A DNA stretch of 18,110 nt from Verrucomicrobiota bacterium (lineage in GTDB: Bacteria; Verrucomicrobiota; Verrucomicrobiia; Limisphaerales; CANJXF01): the NCBI GenBank assembly GCA_038214755.1, contig JBBQRQ010000105.1, positions 1 through 18,110 on the forward strand, read 5' to 3'. The notes beneath the pieces were generated by a model. That model ran no database searches. It was not told the origin of the DNA and saw only the letters and a list, made by a program, of their open reading frames with translations. Below, piece after piece: positions 15,877 to 18,110 of this stretch (positions are counted from its first letter, which is position 1; every line of letters starts with the position of its first letter). The position numbers and the translations under genes were made by a program.

Positions 15877-16581
15877 TCAGAAGCCTCCGGTGCGCGCGAA
15901 GCTGACGGAATCTTTGAAGCGTTTGTTGTCGGCGCGAATTCTGGCGGCGAGCGTTTTGCTGGTCGAAAGGAGAAAGGGCGCGGCCAGTTCGGGAGCGAGC
16001 GTAAAAAGTTTGTCGAAGGACGCGGCGGAAATTTTTAAAAGGAGGGAATCTTTATTGGCGACCACATCGGCGGAGCGGGGGCCGTGATCGAACAAAGCCA
16101 TTTCTCCAAAAAATTCGCCCGCGCCCAATTGGGTGAGAATCGTTTCTTTGCCGTTGATCATCAGCCGGACGCGGAGTTCACCTTCCAGAATGAGATACAT
16201 CGCGTCGCCGGTCTCGCCTTGTTTCACCACCTCGGTCCATTGGCGGACGGTGATGACTTCCATGAATTGAGCGAAACGTTCCAGTTGCGCGTCTTTCATG
16301 TCGGCCAAAATTTTTACGCGACGCAACGCGCCCGGTTTTAAATTTGCGGAGTGGTCCGGCGCCGTTGCGCCCGGAGTTGGTTTGGCGCGAAAGAACATTT
16401 GCAGCTCTTGAAGATCTCCAGCCCTGAACCACGATTCGTTGTGATCGCAATAAAGCCAGGTGTTGGCGGCGACGCGTTCGTCCTTGACCCAATGCACGAG
16501 CGTGGGCAATTCCACCGGGCCGTAAATAATTCCATCAACGCCCCAAATTTTGTAATAAGGACAAGTTTGGTCAGAATCCAT
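15877..16581 (-). CDS. GYF_2/DUF4339-like domain + cyclic-nucleotide-binding domain protein
   Basis: N-terminal YGPVEL..L..W......TWL......W..A..L.EL. C-terminal GETGDAMYLILEG...GEFFGEMALFDHGPRSADV. No CRP-type HTH. Confidence 0.85.
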   Translation of the reverse strand: MDSDQTCPYYKIWGVDGIIYGPVELPTLVHWVKDERVAANTWLYCDHNESWFRAGDLQELQMFFRAKPTPGATAPDHSANLKPGALRRVKILADMKDAQLERFAQFMEVITVRQWTEVVKQGETGDAMYLILEGELRVRLMINGKETILTQLGAGEFFGEMALFDHGPRSADVVANKDSLLLKISAASFDKLFTLAPELAAPFLLSTSKTLAARIRADNKRFKDSVSFARTGGF

Positions 16582-16659
16582 CGCGTTGGTTTTAGAGAAA
16601 GTTTCCAGCGAAAGAAAGGGGAATCTACGGCGGGACACTGGCAACTTTCCGCGAGAAAT

Positions 16660-16721
16660 AAATCTGAAATCCGAAATTCGAAATTCGAGAGCCGAAAGAA
16701 ATCCGAAGCCCGAAGGCCGAA
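16660..16721 (+). repeat. Heptamer tandem repeat (AAATYCG-like)
   Basis: aaatctg aaatccg aaattcg aaattcg agagccg aaag aaatccg aagcccg aaggccg aa. Confidence 0.85.
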
Positions 16722-16723
16722 AA

Positions 16724-16751
16724 GGAGCGCGTACCGCCTTGTCCGCGCTCC
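16724..16751. repeat. Single GGAG-type REP hairpin (related to 15448-15560)
   Basis: ggagcgcgtac-cgcctt-gtccgcgctcc. Confidence 0.6.
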
Positions 16752-16784
16752 AATCATCCAACGATCCCATCATCCAATCATCCC
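16749..16784 (+). repeat. Octamer tandem repeat (TCCAATCA)x4
   Basis: tccaatca tccaacga tcccatca tccaatca tccc. Confidence 0.8.
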
Positions 16785-16835
16785 CGGCTTCCCGCCTCAC
16801 GCCGTGTTGGGACGCATCTCAATTTCTTGCAAAAT

Positions 16836-16913
16836 AACGGAACGTCGATCTCCCGATCGGCTCGCGGCAAATGTGGAGCGTTCCAATGCCGATCAGGAGA
16901 TCGGCGTTCCGTT
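16836..16913. repeat. REPIN-like inverted repeat (GGAACG family)
   Basis: aacggaacgtcgatctcccgatcggc (16836-16861) / gccgatcaggagatcggcgttccgtt (16888-16913); 26 bp with 2 mismatches. Confidence 0.85.
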
Positions 16914-17033
16914 GCTGATTTTTTTCCGAAGATTTGCAATCTGCAATTTAATGAGATGCGCCCGTCCTGTTGGCGCGGCGGAGATTCGTCTTGCGAGGCT
17001 CGCTTTCCTTTTGGTAAGCATACGCCGAACTTT

Positions 17034-17789
17034 ATGGCAGCGATTGGCCGATTCCAAAAGGGCGACGATATTTTCTACGCCAAGGTTGTGGACGGCGAAC
17101 TTTTCAAATTACACGGAGATGTTTTTGGCTCGCCCTCTTTCGATAAAAAAGCCACTGCGTTCAAAGGTTTGAAAACTCTTACGCCGGTTGTCCCATCGAA
17201 AATTATTGCCATCGGCTTGAACTACGCCGATCACGCGCGCGAATCGGGCAAGCCTCTGCCCAAAGAACCCCTCTTTTGGTTCAAGGCGACGACGTCCCTT
17301 ATTCCAGATGGATCAAAAATTGAAATTCCATTTCCCAACCATCGCACGGATTTCGAGGCAGAACTGGCGGTGGTCATCGGCCGCCGCGTTCGCAATGTGA
17401 CGCCGACCGCCGCGGCGCGCTACATTTTTGGCTACACCGCCGCGCAAGACATCAGTGACCGCACGATTCAAAATTCGGAAACGCAATGGGCGCGGGCGAA
17501 GTCTTTTGACACCTTCACGCCGCTGGGTCCCTATGTCGAAACGAAAATTGACCCGCACAATTTGACGATCCAGATGTTTCAGAACGGTCAGCTCCGGCAG
17601 AACTCCAACACCAACCAGCTCATTTTTAATTGCTACCAGATTGTCAGTTTTGTTTCGACGAACATGACGTTGTTGCCCGGAGATGTCATCGTGACCGGCA
17701 CACCGAGCGGAGTGGGGCCAATCGAATCGGGCGACCGGTTGGAAGTTCGGATTCAGGGGCTGACGCCGCTGGTTAATACGGTGAAATAA
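17034..17789 (+). CDS. Fumarylacetoacetate hydrolase family protein
   Basis: PSKIIAIGLNYADHA, DFEAELAVVIG, DISDR, WARAKSFDTFTPLGP, LLPGDVIVTGTPSGVG. Start at ATG 17034. Confidence 0.93.
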   Translation: MAAIGRFQKGDDIFYAKVVDGELFKLHGDVFGSPSFDKKATAFKGLKTLTPVVPSKIIAIGLNYADHARESGKPLPKEPLFWFKATTSLIPDGSKIEIPFPNHRTDFEAELAVVIGRRVRNVTPTAAARYIFGYTAAQDISDRTIQNSETQWARAKSFDTFTPLGPYVETKIDPHNLTIQMFQNGQLRQNSNTNQLIFNCYQIVSFVSTNMTLLPGDVIVTGTPSGVGPIESGDRLEVRIQGLTPLVNTVK

Positions 17790-17832
17790 AAATATCTTTT
17801 GCCAGCCGCCGGGTTTGAACCAAATTGTTTTT

Positions 17833-18081
17833 ATGAAACGAGAAAATCTGCATTGCCAAAACGGTGTTTCATCCGAATTGACTGTTCCCGAAATCGTAGC
17901 TCGCCAACGACAACGCATTCGAGCTGAGGCAATGGCGGCTTATGAAAATGCGAAGGCGAATAAAATTCCGGGGCGACGAAACTGGGCCGCCTTTGTCAAA
18001 AAATATCGAAAGCAAATGGAAGAATTTTCGCGTCAACGCCACGGCGGCGGGATGGAACCACTTCCTCATGAAAAAGCATGA
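17833..18081 (+). CDS. Small basic hypothetical protein, candidate antitoxin
   Basis: 82-aa ORF whose TGA overlaps (ATGA) the start of a PIN-like ORF. Confidence 0.5.
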   Translation: MKRENLHCQNGVSSELTVPEIVARQRQRIRAEAMAAYENAKANKIPGRRNWAAFVKKYRKQMEEFSRQRHGGGMEPLPHEKA

Positions 18082-18110
18082 TCGTTGCTGTTGATAGCGA
18101 ATTTCTTCTC
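18078..18110 (+). CDS. 5' end of a probable PIN-domain (VapC-like) protein
   Basis: MIVAVDSEFLL matches the first PIN strand hhhhD[ST]xhh. Only 11 codons are visible. Confidence 0.45.
   Translation, partial: MIVAVDSEFLL

Noticed and set aside
16660..16784. Possible CRISPR array
   Set aside because: Units are 7-8 bp tandem repeats with no spacers, and there are no cas genes.
16582..17033. Long N-terminal extensions of the cNMP and FAH ORFs, and the 273-aa ORF at 16351-17172
   Set aside because: Low-complexity translations of heptamer/octamer repeats and a REPIN.

Overview
An 18.1-kb bacterial chromosomal segment of mostly housekeeping genes. Gene content and repeat style suggest Verrucomicrobia (Pedosphaera-like); this is inference only. 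Gene order: polX (minus strand, runs off the left edge, missing from the ORF track), thiD, mrp/apbC, a small DUF4032-like gene, a PyrR-binding attenuator leader, pyrR, pyrB; then convergent eboF-like and eboD-like genes; then rodZ-like HTH, rimO, an inserted Abi-like HEPN gene, pgsA, pgpA; then an SSS symporter, a UreF-like orphan, a Cys-rich small protein, a GYF_2+cNMP protein, an FAH-family hydrolase, and a candidate antitoxin/PIN-toxin pair at the right edge. Highlights: (1) the pyr leader places an 8-codon ORF between the PyrR hairpin and the terminator, suggesting translation-coupled PyrR attenuation; (2) an Abi_2/AbiF-type HEPN gene has a short structured leader that may be an RNA antitoxin; (3) about ten REP/REPIN-like palindromes of several families are present, one lying exactly in frame (24 codons) inside the eboF-like gene and two supplying the TAG stop of adjacent genes; (4) heptamer tandem repeats lie inside rimO. 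All calls come from reading the sequence and recalled family motifs; no searches were run.
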